From: an uncultured Methylomirabilota bacterium
GTDB lineage: Bacteria; Methylomirabilota; Methylomirabilia; Methylomirabilales; 2-02-FULL-66-22
Length of the DNA: 64,000 bases
Assembly: GCA_963845565.1 (NCBI GenBank)
Contig: CAWJSJ010000002.1
Span: 320,001 to 384,000, forward strand
Reading direction: 5' to 3'
A model generated the notes under the pieces. That model worked only from the letters and a program-made list of their open reading frames with translations, did no database searches and was not told the DNA's origin. Positions 10,945 to 21,953 of the stretch are shown here, one piece after another. Numbering within the stretch: the stretch's first letter is position 1; every line of letters starts with the position of its first letter. A program made the translations under genes and the position numbers.

Positions 10945-11508
10945 TCAGGGGCACGTGGCGGGAATGCGCTTTTCGACGGCGCGGGCGATGCGCAGCACCG
11001 CGGCTTTCGCATCGGGGTTGGTGTCGCCGGCGGCGACCGTGACGAAAAAGCGGCCGCGGCGAAAGAGGACGTAGTATTCGCCGCGCACGCCGGAATCCCC
11101 GATGGTGAGCGGCAAATCGCCGGGCCCGACCCTGCGGGTAAAGACTTCGGCCGCGCCGTCCGGCGCCCGCATCTGGTAGACTTCCACCTGGATCTGCCGC
11201 CCGCCGCCGAGGTTATAGCTCTGCACGGCCGCCCGCTCGAACCCATACCGGAGGAACAGCTCCGCCCCGCCGTTGATCAGCGCGAACAGATCCTGCCCTT
11301 CCGCAACCTGGGCCGGCCCATCCGGCACCCAGGGCCGCGTTTCGGCCACCCCGGGAAGTATGAGCGTGATGGTCCGATCCGCGCCGTCCGTGGCGGCGAC
11401 GGCCAACCCGGCGCACACCCCGAGGGCTATCACCAGCAGCCAAGTCCCAAGACGCCGTCTGCGATGCGCCCTGACACCCCGACGAATCGCGTCAGAGGCT
11501 GAGTTCAC
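10945..11508 (-). CDS. Exported hypothetical protein (DUF6599-like)
   Basis: Signal-like hydrophobic stretch followed by LFALINGGAELFLRYGFE..VEVYQM; family assignment is from memory. Confidence 0.6.
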   Translation of the reverse strand: MNSASDAIRRGVRAHRRRRLGTWLLVIALGVCAGLAVAATDGADRTITLILPGVAETRPWVPDGPAQVAEGQDLFALINGGAELFLRYGFERAAVQSYNLGGGRQIQVEVYQMRAPDGAAEVFTRRVGPGDLPLTIGDSGVRGEYYVLFRRGRFFVTVAAGDTNPDAKAAVLRIARAVEKRIPATCP

Positions 11509-12414
11509 GGCTCTTCACCTTTCCGAGATCCGCCTCGCCCAGGCCGAGCGCGGCCGCACGCGTGATCATGGCGACTTGCGGCGGGGTGAGGTTCAGGAAG
11601 CGCGTGCAGTAGGCATCCACGCTCACCGCGCTGGCGCCGGCCACCACGGCGTGCGGCGTGGCCAGTTTCCCCGGGCCGAACGGTCCGTTGGTCGTGAGGA
11701 TCGTCGTCGCATCGGCGACGGCGAGATCGGGTTTTCGCAGCCGATTCAGGTCGGCCACGCACTGCGACAGGAACCCCACGTCGCCGTACCAGCCCCCCTT
11801 GCCGTGGCCGAAGTGGAAGAACTGGCAGGTCCCGTACGTGAGGGCGCCCATGGCATTCTTCAGGGTGCACGCGTAATTGGTCCCCTCGTGGTGCTTGGCG
11901 ACAGACACGTTGACGAGGACGTCCACGGCCAGGAACTCCTTGACGATCTCGACCGTCTTCAGCGCCTGACCTTGGGGGATTTCCACCGCCGCGTAGTTCC
12001 CGCTGCAGGCGGTGATCCGTCGCGCCGCCTCCGCGCCACGCCCGTCGCGCCGCCAGTAGGTAAACCGGGCGTCCTTCAGCGAGACGACGGCTCGGGCCCC
12101 CGCCTCCCAGCACTGCGCCGCGACCGCCTGCGCCACGTCCGGGGTCACGTGCGCCCCGGGATTCCGGAATTGGTGGTTGATCAAGAGACCGACCGTCGAG
12201 CCCTGCGGGACGAACCGGCCGCATCCCGCCGAGTTGCTCGATGGCCTTGATGGTGCCTTGGTAGGCATCCGTCCCGGTGACGGCGCACAGATCAACGGAC
12301 ATCGCCCTCAGAGCCGGCGGCCGAGGCAGGTGACCATGCCCCCCCGAACGCCGCCGCGATCCCCGTCGCCGCGCCCACCTTGAGTACGCTGCGTCGGCTC
12401 CATTCGTGTGTCAT
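11492..12414 (-). CDS. Tat-exported DUF362 domain protein (frameshifts near 12220-12300)
   Basis: MTHEWSRRSVLKVG Tat signal; VSVAKHH..TLKNAMG..DATTILTTNGPFGPG..VSVDAY. Confidence 0.75.
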
Positions 12415-12452
12415 GAAGCGTACCCCTGGAGTCTTCCCAATCCTGTGTTTCG

Positions 12453-12830
12453 CTATGCTTTCCGTCTTCGGTACTGAACGTTCGGAAGGTCTCTGAAATC
12501 TTCGTCTTGCGTCCACACCGTCGCGCTGTGGGCCCTGGCTGTCGCGAGGACAACGCGGCCGGCCAACGGTATCTTGAGATCCACACCGATGCGGGCGGCA
12601 CTGATGGCAAGGCGCTCGTCGAGTTTAACGACAGTCCCTTGCTGCACGGTGGCGACCGCCTGCAACGCCTGCCCTCCTTCTCTCTGCTGGAGCCCACGCT
12701 TGAATACCTCATAAATCGTCACGGACGGCACGATCCATCGCTCGAAATCTTCAATCGGTGGTGTGAAGAAGGATGCATTGGATCCGTTCGCGAAGCATTC
12801 GAGCCGCGCGCTGGAGTCGACGACGTTCAT
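12453..12830 (-). CDS. vapC: VapC PIN-domain toxin
   Basis: MNVVDSSA..IYEVFK..ATVWTQDEDF; ATGA overlap with the AbrB-type gene. Confidence 0.85.
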   Translation of the reverse strand: MNVVDSSARLECFANGSNASFFTPPIEDFERWIVPSVTIYEVFKRGLQQREGGQALQAVATVQQGTVVKLDERLAISAARIGVDLKIPLAGRVVLATARAHSATVWTQDEDFRDLPNVQYRRRKA

Positions 12831-13033
12831 AGCCGGTCGGCCTCTCGGTCAATCGTGGTTTCGATTCCCTTGAGGAAGCCGCGCATCTCCGTTATGGGGC
12901 GTACCGGAATCAGCTCGATCCGTTCACCATAGACGATCGCCTGGAGCATTTGCCCCGGCAAGAGGCCAAGTTCCTCCCGGATCGCCTTTGGGATCACCAC
13001 CTGAAACTTCGGCGAAATCGTGATCGTTTCCAC
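12827..13033 (-). CDS. vapB: AbrB/MazE/SpoVT family antitoxin
   Basis: ITISPKFQVVIPKAIREELGL. Confidence 0.88.
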   Translation of the reverse strand: METITISPKFQVVIPKAIREELGLLPGQMLQAIVYGERIELIPVRPITEMRGFLKGIETTIDREADRL

Positions 13034-13043
13034 GGGGCCTCCA

Positions 13044-13096
13044 TCGATATACTATCTGCAATACGATATCATATCGACGGTACAGTGGTATATCAA
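13044..13096 (-). promoter_or_regulatory. vapBC sigma70 promoter with overlapping inverted-repeat operator
   Basis: TTGATA(13096-13091)-N17-TATGAT(13073-13068); arms TCGATATACTATC (13044-13056) and GATATCATATCGA (13065-13077), 11/13 complementary. Confidence 0.65.
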
Positions 13097-13280
13097 CCCG
13101 TCAATCAAACGATACCCATCTCGGCAAGGAAACGCCCCGCCGAACCGCGGCGGAGGTCGCTGGCGCCTTTCAGTGATCGACTCGCCTGCCGTTGCATCGC
13201 CGATCGTTCTTGACTGGGCCCTCCTTTCGGGGGTAGCGTCTCGCGGGTTGCTCGGGGCGGAATTGGAACCCCGCTGACAC

Positions 13281-14207
13281 GTGAGGATTTCGGCCGTGCT
13301 CGTCAGACGATCGACACTCATCCTGCCGGTCAACGTCCCGCGGTTCGTGGAGAAGGCGCACCTCCGGGGGGCCGACGCCGTCATGCTGGATCTGGAGGAC
13401 GCCGTCCCTCCACAGGAAAAGGATAACGCCCGGCGACTGGTCCGCGAGGCGATCCCCCTGGTATCGCGTGGCGGCGCCGAGGTTTTCGTGCGCGTGAACC
13501 ACGACCCGGCCCATCTCACCGAAGACCTTGCGGCCGCGGTCTATCCCGGCGTGGACGGCATCTGCTTCCCGAAGACGGAGTCCGCCGGGGAGGTCGAACA
13601 TCTGGAGCGGCAGATCACGGACCTGGAGCGACGCCGGGATGTCAATCCCGGACGGATCGAGCTGGCCTTGCTGATCGAGAGCCCGCGCGGCCTCCTGAAC
13701 CTGGAGGCGATCGCCGGCGCCAGCCGACGGATCCGCAGCATGAGCGTGGGTCCGGAGGATTACTGTCTGGAGCTAGGCGTCGAACCCTCGGCGGACGGGG
13801 CAGAGCTCCACTACGCCGTCTCAAAAGTCGTCACCGTCTGCAAGGCCGCCGGGATCGCGCCCATGGGGCTCCTCGGCAGCATCGCCGGCTTTCGGGACCT
13901 CGGGGCGTTCGAACGGGCCGCGTCCCGGGCCCGGGATCTGGGCTGTGTGGGCGCTTCGTGCATCCACCCGGATCAGGTGGGGGTGCTGAACCGCGTCTTC
14001 TCGCCGCCGTCGGAGAAAGTCGGCTATGCGCGGCGAGTGGTGGAGGGGTTCGAGGACGGCCTGCGGACCGGCACGGCGTCCGTGACCGTGGACGGGGCGA
14101 TGGTGGACACTCCGGTCTACCGTCGTGCGCAGCGCATCCTGGAGCGGGCCGCAGCCATCGCCGAGGTGGAACAGCGGAAAGCGGACCGGCTGGCCCAGCT
14201 GCGGTGA
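13281..14207 (+). CDS. CitE-like CoA-ester lyase (HpcH/HpaI aldolase/citrate lyase family)
   Basis: GADAVMLDLEDAVP, FVRVN, LIESPRG, GPED, CIHPDQV, VDGAMVDTP. Confidence 0.9.
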   Translation: MRISAVLVRRSTLILPVNVPRFVEKAHLRGADAVMLDLEDAVPPQEKDNARRLVREAIPLVSRGGAEVFVRVNHDPAHLTEDLAAAVYPGVDGICFPKTESAGEVEHLERQITDLERRRDVNPGRIELALLIESPRGLLNLEAIAGASRRIRSMSVGPEDYCLELGVEPSADGAELHYAVSKVVTVCKAAGIAPMGLLGSIAGFRDLGAFERAASRARDLGCVGASCIHPDQVGVLNRVFSPPSEKVGYARRVVEGFEDGLRTGTASVTVDGAMVDTPVYRRAQRILERAAAIAEVEQRKADRLAQLR

Positions 14208-14442
14208 GCGTGTACATCGCCGAGACACGCACCCACCGTTCTGGCGGCACCGATTTCTGTCGCGGTTGCAGACTCTCCGTCACGTCTGTTGCCCACGAGT
14301 CTAGTAGGATGCTGAAGCCCTAGTGGCTCAAAAGGGTCCCGGTGCTTGTTCTTCATCCGTCGCTCAAATTCGAATTTCGAAACTCGGATTTCGAATTTCT
14401 CAATCGATGGGCCTTTTTCAGCGACCTGACAAGGAGGATGCT

Positions 14443-14772
14443 ATGTACGTCCTGGTGGTAACCATCGACATCAAGCCGCAATTCAAGGACCGATTCATGG
14501 CGGAGATTCTGGATGATGCCCGCGGCTCCGTGCGGAACGAGCCCGGCTGCTTGCGCTTCGACGTCATCCAGGACGAGAAGGAGCCGAACCGGATCTACCT
14601 GTACGAGGTCTACAAGGATCGCGCGGCCTTCGACCACCACATGACCACGCCCCACTTCCTCAAGTGGAAAGACGCCGTGCAGGATTGGTTTGCTTCCCCG
14701 GCCGTCGTGGGCGCCGGCCCGAGTGTCTTCCCGGCCGACGCCGACTGGAACACGAACTGGAAAGCGCGATAG
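14443..14772 (+). CDS. Antibiotic-biosynthesis monooxygenase family (LsrG/YgiN-like) protein
   Basis: NEPGCLRFDVIQD..IYLYEVY..AFDHHMTTPHF; AAGGAGG RBS. Confidence 0.85.
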   Translation: MYVLVVTIDIKPQFKDRFMAEILDDARGSVRNEPGCLRFDVIQDEKEPNRIYLYEVYKDRAAFDHHMTTPHFLKWKDAVQDWFASPAVVGAGPSVFPADADWNTNWKAR

Positions 14773-14783
14773 GCGGGGCTTCC

Positions 14784-16045
14784 ATGGACGGTGCGGACCT
14801 GACAGCCTTCCTCCGAGCGCAGCGAAGCGAGGCGGCGCACTCGAACGCCCCCCTCAAGGGCATCCGAATTATTGACCTCGGCTCGGTCGTCGCCGCGCCG
14901 TTTGCCGCCACCGTGCTGGGAGATTACGGCGCCGAGGTGATCAAGATCGAGCCGCCCGCCGTCCCGGATGCGATCCGCTACTGGGCGGTGATCGAAGACC
15001 GGCACCAGCCGTTCTGGCTGGCTGCCGGGCGGAATAAACTACCGATCACGCTGAATCTCAAACACCCCCGGGGTCGGCAGATCCTTGCCGACCTGGTGGC
15101 CCAGTCCGACGTCCTGCTCGAGAACATGCGCCCGGGCACGCTTGACCGGCTGGGCTTCTCCGCATCCGCGCTCTGGGAGATCAACAAGGGCCTCGATCAT
15201 CGGCCGGATCTCGGGCTACGGCCAGACCGGGCCGTACGCTGCGATGCCGGGCTTCGGCACGCTGGCCGAGGCCATGAGCGGCTTCACCCACATGAACGCC
15301 CATCCAGGCGGCCCGCCCACCAATCCGCCGCTCGCACTCGCCGATATGATTGCCGGCCTTCATCTCGCGTTCGGCGTGGTGATGGCGCTCCGCGACCAGA
15401 AACGGGGAGCGCGTGGCGGGCAGGAGCTGGATCTCTCCCTCTACGAACCCCTCTTCAGCTTCATGGCGGCCGATTTCCTGACGTATTGCCTCTCGGGCGT
15501 CGCCCCGCAGCCCGCGGGCAACGAGGCGCATTACACCTCGCCGCGAAACAGCTACCGAACCAGGGATGACAAATGGGTCGTGCTCTCCGCCAGCGCTCAG
15601 GCCCCCTTCGAGCGGCTGATGGACCTCCTTGGCCGTCCGGATCTGAAGACCGCCCCCGGCTTCCGGAACAACCAGGAGCGGATCCAGCCGAAGAGCCGGA
15701 GCGTCTTGAATTCCATCATCGGAACCTGGATCGAGGAGCGGACGCTGGCCGAGGTGCTGGAGGCGTGCGAGAAGGCCGGCGTGACCATCGGTCCCGTCTA
15801 CAGCATGGAGGAGATCGCGCGGGATCCTCAGTACATCGCGCGCGGCAGTATTCGTTCCCCTCTTCGACCCGGCGTCGGGAAAGACCATCCCGTTCCCCAA
15901 CATTCCCATCCGTCTGTCCGCGACGCCCGGCGCCGTCCGCTTTCCCGGCCTGCCCATGGGTGCAGCCAACGAGGTCGTCCTGCAGGATCTTCTCGGCTAC
16001 ACCGCGGACGACATTGCCGCCCTCAAGGCCTCCGGCGCGATCTGA
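14784..16045 (+). CDS. Family III CoA-transferase (CaiB/BaiF), two apparent frameshifts
   Basis: PLKGIRIIDLGSVVAAPFA..GAEVIKIEPP, RNKLPITLNLK, ENMRPG, ISGYGQTGPY, LADMIAG. Confidence 0.9.
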
Positions 16046-16083
16046 ATGACTCCAGGATCCGTTGGAAAGACAGCGGCGGGCCG

Positions 16084-17503
16084 CTACTCCTCGTCGATCC
16101 GGATCGAGCCCTGGTACGGCGTCACGCCGCGTGGGAGCTTCCGGGAGGGGCATCGGATCGGCTTGGTGAACATGGGATCGTCGTGGATGGATTGGAGATA
16201 CTCGTCGCGGAAGCGCGGATGGGTGATGCTGGCGACGGCCAGCGCCTTCTCGCCGGCCGTGAGTCCCCGCAGGTCGGCGATCCCGTATTCGGTGACCAGG
16301 ACCACCCCGTCGTAGGACGAGGCGGTCAGGCTCACGCCCGGCGGGTGGACCCGAGCGATCTTGGACTCGCCCTTGTGGGTCACGCTTTTCATGGTGATGA
16401 TGGGCACGCCGTAGGCGGGATCGTTCAGGGCCCGGACGAAATCGGGCTGGCCGCCGACGCCGCTGTAGTAGTGGCGTGCGTCCACGAAATCGGCCCAGAC
16501 GTTGCCGAAGAGGTCCACCCCCATCGCCGTGTTGATCGAGATGAAGGGGCTGTTCTTGCGGATGACCTCCGCGGCGTTGGTGACGGCGCAGGGGCGCATC
16601 TGGATGCTCGCCCGCAAGTGGACGAACTCGTACAGCGCCTTGGATCCCATGATCAGGGACGTCGTGCTGTAGCCCATGTGCTGCTTCTTCTTCCGGTTCG
16701 TCACGATGCCCTGCTGCTGGAGCATCATCAGGCCGTCGCCGTACAACTCGGTCTGGATCCCCAGATCCTGGAAGTCGGCGTCCTTGATCGTCCCGATCAC
16801 GGCGTCGGGGATCTGCCCGATGCCCACCTGGAGCGTCACGCCGTCGCGGATGAAATGGGTGGCGATCAGCTCGCCGATCCGCCGCTCGGCCGGGGGCAAC
16901 CGGTCGAAATCGGGGGCGGGAACATCGTAAACCGGCAGCACCTCGTCTTCGACCAGGTAATCCAGGGACGATTCGTCCACGATGCTCTGGCCCTGGGTGA
17001 AAGGCATGCCGTGATCCAGCTCGCCGATGACGCACTTGGCGTGATCGATGGCGGTGTGGATGGCTTCCACCGACAGGCCCAGGCTGTATTCGCCCGTCAT
17101 CGTCGTGCGGGCGAACCTTGAAGATGGCCACGTCGGGCATGAAGGGCCGATCCTTGCCGATCAGGCTGTCCAGGTTGGCCAGCGTGCACGGTAGGTAGAA
17201 CGCCCGCCCTTCATTGGCCGCCTTGCGCACGTCCCCCGCAGAGAAGATGGAGAACGCCATGATCCGATCCTGGAGTCCCTTCTCCACGTAGGAGACGGGC
17301 CCCTGGAGCAGGAGGTGGACCATCCGGAGATACGGCAGCTTGGGCCAGCCGGCCTTGAGGGCGGCCGTGATCGCGTCGAGAGTGGCGGTCGGCGTGGCGG
17401 CGTTCGAGCCGACGTACACCGTGACCATGTCGCGCGCGGGAAACTCCTTGGCGATGACCTCGGCGATGTCGCCCAGCTTGATCATGGTCGGCTGATGGGT
17501 CAT
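16084..17503 (-). CDS. Acetyl-CoA hydrolase/transferase family (4-hydroxybutyrate CoA-transferase-like), frameshift near 17100
   Basis: DGVTLQVGIGQIPDAV, LGIQTE, SGVGGQPDFVR, VTEYGIADLRG..ITHPRFRDE. Confidence 0.88.
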
Positions 17504-17560
17504 GGCAGGATCTCCCTTCCGGTGATCGGGACGGCACGGGACGGCGCCGCAGGATGGACC

Positions 17561-18277
17561 CTACCGACGCTCCGGTTTCTTCCGGGGAGCGTGTCCGGCG
17601 ACGTCCTGGTAGAGCCGAACCATGTGCTCGACCCGCAGGACGCTATAGGGCACGAGGAAGGCCGCTGCCAGCGTAACGCACAATCCGGCGGTCGCCAGGA
17701 AGCGTGGGGCTTCCGGGGCCGCGCCAAGGAGCGGAAGGAGGACCGCGGCGGATCCGCCCAGGATTCCCACGAACACGCTCGGCCAGAGAAGGCCCCGCAG
17801 GAATCGGGAAAGGAGCAGCGGGCGCTCGATCCGCTCCCACCGCTCCACCTGGCGCCGCGCGACCTTGACCGCCTCCCGATAGACCCCCTCGCCGGCATCC
17901 GGTTTCCGAGGAAGCGCCTGGGCGACGAGGGTCCGGTGGCGCGCCAGTGCCGCCCCGGAAGGAAGCACGAGGAAGGGCCGGGCATCCGCCTCGCACCATT
18001 TCCCCCTGGGGCCGTACAGCATCTCGAAGAGGAGATCCCACGAGTCGCCGGCGAAATACCCGATCAGCCCGAGAAGAATCCCAGTCCCGACGGCGAAGAC
18101 GTGGATGAGGTTCACAGGTACGGACGGGAAGAGCCGCGCGACCGGAGACGTGAGGGATTCGAGGAGCGCAACGGAGAGGACGATCGCCGCCGCAAGCGGG
18201 AAAAACCCCCGCATGGCTCCCCACAGTCCGAGCCACGTCAGGAGCTTCTCGATTCGCGTCATGAGATCCAGGCCCAT
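17561..18277 (-). CDS. Hypothetical integral membrane protein (about 4 TM)
   Basis: Four hydrophobic segments in ORF 17561-18523; start chosen downstream of the predicted promoter. Confidence 0.6.
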   Translation of the reverse strand: MGLDLMTRIEKLLTWLGLWGAMRGFFPLAAAIVLSVALLESLTSPVARLFPSVPVNLIHVFAVGTGILLGLIGYFAGDSWDLLFEMLYGPRGKWCEADARPFLVLPSGAALARHRTLVAQALPRKPDAGEGVYREAVKVARRQVERWERIERPLLLSRFLRGLLWPSVFVGILGGSAAVLLPLLGAAPEAPRFLATAGLCVTLAAAFLVPYSVLRVEHMVRLYQDVAGHAPRKKPERR

Positions 18278-18347
18278 CTGCCAGCCGCGGCGGAAGAGGG
18301 TTGCCCGGTCCCGATCGGCGAGGTCGCTCGCTCGCCAATGTCGGCCC

Positions 18348-18423
18348 ACCCTAGCCCGACCCCGAGTCATTGTCAAGGGCGCCGCGATGGGAATTGACAG
18401 CCGAGGAGCGGTGGGATTAGGAT
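18348..18423. promoter_or_regulatory. Back-to-back divergent sigma70-like promoters
   Basis: Plus strand TTGACA(18394)-N18-TAGGAT; minus strand TTGACA(18376)-N17-TAGGGT. Confidence 0.5.
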
Positions 18424-18537
18424 CGCGTGAGTTTCGGCCATTCCGCGTTTCGGCTTCCGTTGCGTATTCCAAGACACAGCCATTCCAGGAGGGTGACCCG
18501 AAAACGGCATTGCATTGCCCCACTGAAAGGAGCAGCC

Positions 18538-19968
18538 GTGGACGCCGATGACCTCGCCTTCACGCCGGCCACCGATCTCGACCGCCTGATCCGGACCCGC
18601 GCGGTCTCCCCGGTCGAGTTGACGCGCACCCTGCTCGCGCGCATCGACCGGCTCAACCCCCGACTCAACGCGTTCCTCACGGTGACCGCCGACCTCGCCC
18701 TTGCGCAGGCACGGGCCGCCGAGGAGCGCGCCCGGCGCGGCGCGCGGCGCGGCCCCCTGGACGGAATCCCCTATTCGCTCAAGGATCTCGAGCCGACGGC
18801 GGACATCCGGACGACCTTCGGATCGAAGTGGTTCGAGCAGCACGTGCCCACCGAAGACGGGGTCGTGGCGGGGCGGCTCAAGGCGACCGGCGCCGTCCTC
18901 CTCGGCAAGACCAACACGCCCAATTTCGGGTTCAAGGACTGCTGCGACAACCTGATCGGCCCCCCCTGCCGCAACCCCTGGAAACTCGATCGGACGTCCG
19001 GCGCCTCCTCGGGCGGCGCCGGCTCCGCCGTCGCGGCCGGGCTCGGCCCCATCGCCCACGGTTCCGATGGCGCCGGGTCGATCCGGATCCCCGCGGCGCT
19101 CTGCGGGATCTTCGGCTTCAAGCCGTCGTTCGGCCGTGTGCCGTATGCCCCGACGACGGATTACTGGGCGGCGCGCGCCCACAACGGGGTCATGACCCGG
19201 ACGGTCCGCGACGGCGCCCTGCTCCTCGAGGCCATGGCGGGTCCAGACCCGCGCGACCCGCTCTCCATCGACGCGCCGCCGGAGCGGTACCTCGCCGCCT
19301 GCGACGGAGACCTCCGCAATCTCCGTGTGGTCTGGAGTGGAGACCTCGGCTACGCGCCCGTCGATCCGGCGGTGCGAGCGCTCTGCGAGGCGGCGGCCCG
19401 CCGCTTTGCCGACTTCGGCTGCGTCCTGGAGAGCCGGGACCCGGCCTGGCCGGACCCCCACGATTTCCACAAGATCATCTACGAGGTCAGCGTGGCCTCC
19501 CGGCAGATCGACCGATTCCGCGAGCGACCCGAGTGGATCGAGCCCACCCTGCGCGCCATGATCGAGAACGCCCAGGGAATCACGGCCATGGAGCACGGCA
19601 AGGCGCTCCTCGCCCGCAGCGCGTTCTACGAACACGCCCGCACGTTCTTCGACACGTGCGACCTGCTGCTCACGCCGCAGATGCCCGTCGGGGCCTGGGC
19701 GGCCGAGCCGGGGCCGGGGCCACAGCAGGGCCCGGCCGAAATCGCGGGCCGACCGACGCCCACCATGTTCCACCGGCTGGCCTTCACCTACCCGTTCAAC
19801 CTGACGGGACAGCCGGCGGCGACGGTGCCCTGCGGCTTTACGGCGGAGGGGCTGCCGGTCGGCCTCCAGATCGTGGGTCGGTGGCACGACGATTCCACGG
19901 TGCTGCGGGCAGCCGCCTGCTTCGAGGCGGTACAGCCCTGGGCGCAGATCCGTCCGCCCCTGGCCTGA
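18538..19968 (+). CDS. Amidase signature family protein
   Basis: GPLDGIPYSLKD, GKTNTP, GASSGGAG, GSDGAGSIRIPA, FTYPFNLTGQPA; GTG start after AAAGGAG. Confidence 0.93.
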   Translation: MDADDLAFTPATDLDRLIRTRAVSPVELTRTLLARIDRLNPRLNAFLTVTADLALAQARAAEERARRGARRGPLDGIPYSLKDLEPTADIRTTFGSKWFEQHVPTEDGVVAGRLKATGAVLLGKTNTPNFGFKDCCDNLIGPPCRNPWKLDRTSGASSGGAGSAVAAGLGPIAHGSDGAGSIRIPAALCGIFGFKPSFGRVPYAPTTDYWAARAHNGVMTRTVRDGALLLEAMAGPDPRDPLSIDAPPERYLAACDGDLRNLRVVWSGDLGYAPVDPAVRALCEAAARRFADFGCVLESRDPAWPDPHDFHKIIYEVSVASRQIDRFRERPEWIEPTLRAMIENAQGITAMEHGKALLARSAFYEHARTFFDTCDLLLTPQMPVGAWAAEPGPGPQQGPAEIAGRPTPTMFHRLAFTYPFNLTGQPAATVPCGFTAEGLPVGLQIVGRWHDDSTVLRAAACFEAVQPWAQIRPPLA

Positions 19969-20030
19969 CGATCCGCCGGGGCCAATTCGCGACCGCGCAG
20001 TGGCGCGAGAAGAAGTATAGCGGGTGACCC

Positions 20031-20984
20031 ATGGCGTCGTATCTCGTCAGCCGGCTCATCCAATTCGCCCTGGTGCTGTTCTTCCTGTCCATCATCGTCT
20101 TCACCATCGTCCGCCTCATCCCGGGCGACCCCGCGGCCGTCATGCTGGGCACCGAGGCCACGCCCCAGGCGCTCGCGCAGATCCGCCAGGAGATGGGGTT
20201 GGATCAGCCCATCCCCGTCCAGTACGCGAAATGGATCGAGAACGTTCTGGCCGGCAACTTCGGCACGTCGTGGGTGTCCAAGAAGCCGGCGCTTACCCTG
20301 ATCCTCGGCGCCTTGCCGGTCACGCTCCAGCTCGTCGCCGCCTCCTTCGTGGTGGCGCTTCTGATCGCCTTTCCCGCCGGCCTCTTCTCGGCCATCCGCC
20401 CGCGATCCTGGATCGATCAGGGTTCGACCACCTTCGCCCTGCTCGGCATCTCGCTCCCGAGCTTCTGGCTCGGCATCATGCTCGTCCTGCTGTTCTCCCT
20501 CGAACTGCGCTGGCTGCCGCCCTCGGGCTACCTCTCTGTCGCCGCCGACCCCCTCGGCGCCCTGCGCACCAGTCTGCTGCCGGCCGTGACGCTCGGGGTC
20601 GCCCTCGCCGCACCGCTCACCCGGTTCCTGCGCTCGGGAATGCTGGATGTTCTGGGTCTCGACTACGTGCGCACGGCCCGCGCCAAGGGCCTGGCCGAGC
20701 GGCGAGTGGTCGGTCGCCACGCGCTGAAGAACGCCTTGCTGTCTGTCGTCACCATCTTGGGCCTCCAGCTCGGCACGCTTCTCGGTGGAAGCATTGTCAT
20801 CGAACAGGTCTTCGGCTGGCCGGGGATCGGCCGCCTCTCGCTGGCGGCCATCCAGCAGCGGGACTACGGCGTCGTCCAGGGGATTGTGCTCTTCGTGGCG
20901 GCCCTGTTCGTCCTGATCAACTTCGCCGTGGACCTGCTGTATCTCTACCTCGATCCCCGGATCCGGTACCGGGCGGGCGGATAA
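20031..20984 (+). CDS. Peptide/nickel ABC permease (DppB-like)
   Basis: IPGDPA, GLDQP, DYVRTARAKGL, EQVFGWPGIG. Confidence 0.93.
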   Translation: MASYLVSRLIQFALVLFFLSIIVFTIVRLIPGDPAAVMLGTEATPQALAQIRQEMGLDQPIPVQYAKWIENVLAGNFGTSWVSKKPALTLILGALPVTLQLVAASFVVALLIAFPAGLFSAIRPRSWIDQGSTTFALLGISLPSFWLGIMLVLLFSLELRWLPPSGYLSVAADPLGALRTSLLPAVTLGVALAAPLTRFLRSGMLDVLGLDYVRTARAKGLAERRVVGRHALKNALLSVVTILGLQLGTLLGGSIVIEQVFGWPGIGRLSLAAIQQRDYGVVQGIVLFVAALFVLINFAVDLLYLYLDPRIRYRAGG

Positions 20985-21001
20985 GCCCCGAGGCCGCCGC
21001 C

Positions 21002-21886
21002 ATGCCCACGGGAGGACGCGTGATCGACACGACGGAGGGACTGCCAAAGGTGGTCCGCACGCTGCTCCAGAGCCGGACCGCGCTCTTCGGTCTCGTCCTG
21101 AGCGTCCTGCTGGTCGTCGCGGCGGTCTTCGCCCCGTGGATCGCGCCGTACCGCCCGGACGAGATCCATCCCATCGACAGCCTGATGGCCCCCTCGGCGC
21201 GCTACTGGCTCGGCTCGGACGACCTCGGGCGTGATATCCTGAGCCGCATCATCTTCGGCGCGCGGGTCTCGCTGATGGTCGGGACCATCGCCATCGGCAT
21301 CGCCGCCGCGGCCGGCGTCTCGGTCGGCCTCGCCGCCGGCTTCCTGGGCGGCAGGATCGACGGGCTGATCATGCGCGTGATGGATGCCCTGCTGGCGTTC
21401 CCGGCGATCCTCCTGGCCATCGCGCTGATGGCCGTGCTCGGCCCCTCGCTCGAAAACGCCATGATCGCCATCGGCATCATCTCCATCCCGGCGTTCGCCC
21501 GGATCACGCGGGCCAACGTGCTCTCGCTCCGGGAGCAGGAGTTCGTCGAGGCGGCGCGCGCGCTGGGGGGTGGCGGACTCTACCTGGCGCTGGTCGTCAT
21601 CCTGCCGAACTGCCTCTCCCCGATCATCGTGCAAGCGTCGCTCGGCGTCGGAAATGCCATCCTGGTCGAGGCGGCGCTCTCGTTCCTGGGGCTCGGGGTG
21701 CAACCGCCCGAGCCCTCGTGGGGCTCGATGCTGGCGTTCGGGCGGAGCCTGCTGGGTCAGGCCCCGTGGTATGCCACCTTTTCGGGGTTGGCGATCTTCG
21801 TGACCGTGCTGGCGCTCAACTTTCTGGGGGACGGGCTCCGCGAGGCGCTCGACCCGCGGCTCCGCTCCGTGGAACGCGGCGCATGA
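21002..21886 (+). CDS. Peptide/nickel ABC permease (DppC-like)
   Basis: LGSDDLGRDILSRII, EFVEAARALG, EAALSFLGLG..PSWGSML. Confidence 0.93.
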   Translation: MPTGGRVIDTTEGLPKVVRTLLQSRTALFGLVLSVLLVVAAVFAPWIAPYRPDEIHPIDSLMAPSARYWLGSDDLGRDILSRIIFGARVSLMVGTIAIGIAAAAGVSVGLAAGFLGGRIDGLIMRVMDALLAFPAILLAIALMAVLGPSLENAMIAIGIISIPAFARITRANVLSLREQEFVEAARALGGGGLYLALVVILPNCLSPIIVQASLGVGNAILVEAALSFLGLGVQPPEPSWGSMLAFGRSLLGQAPWYATFSGLAIFVTVLALNFLGDGLREALDPRLRSVERGA

Positions 21887-21953
21887 CGCGCCGCCCCCGC
21901 CTCCGACGGGAGGCTCGACGGCCGCGCGATACTCGCGCATGGGAGGGACAGCC

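Noticed and set aside
18424..18537. Possible riboswitch in the amidase leader
   Set aside because: No family consensus recognised by eye; an Rfam/Infernal scan would be needed.
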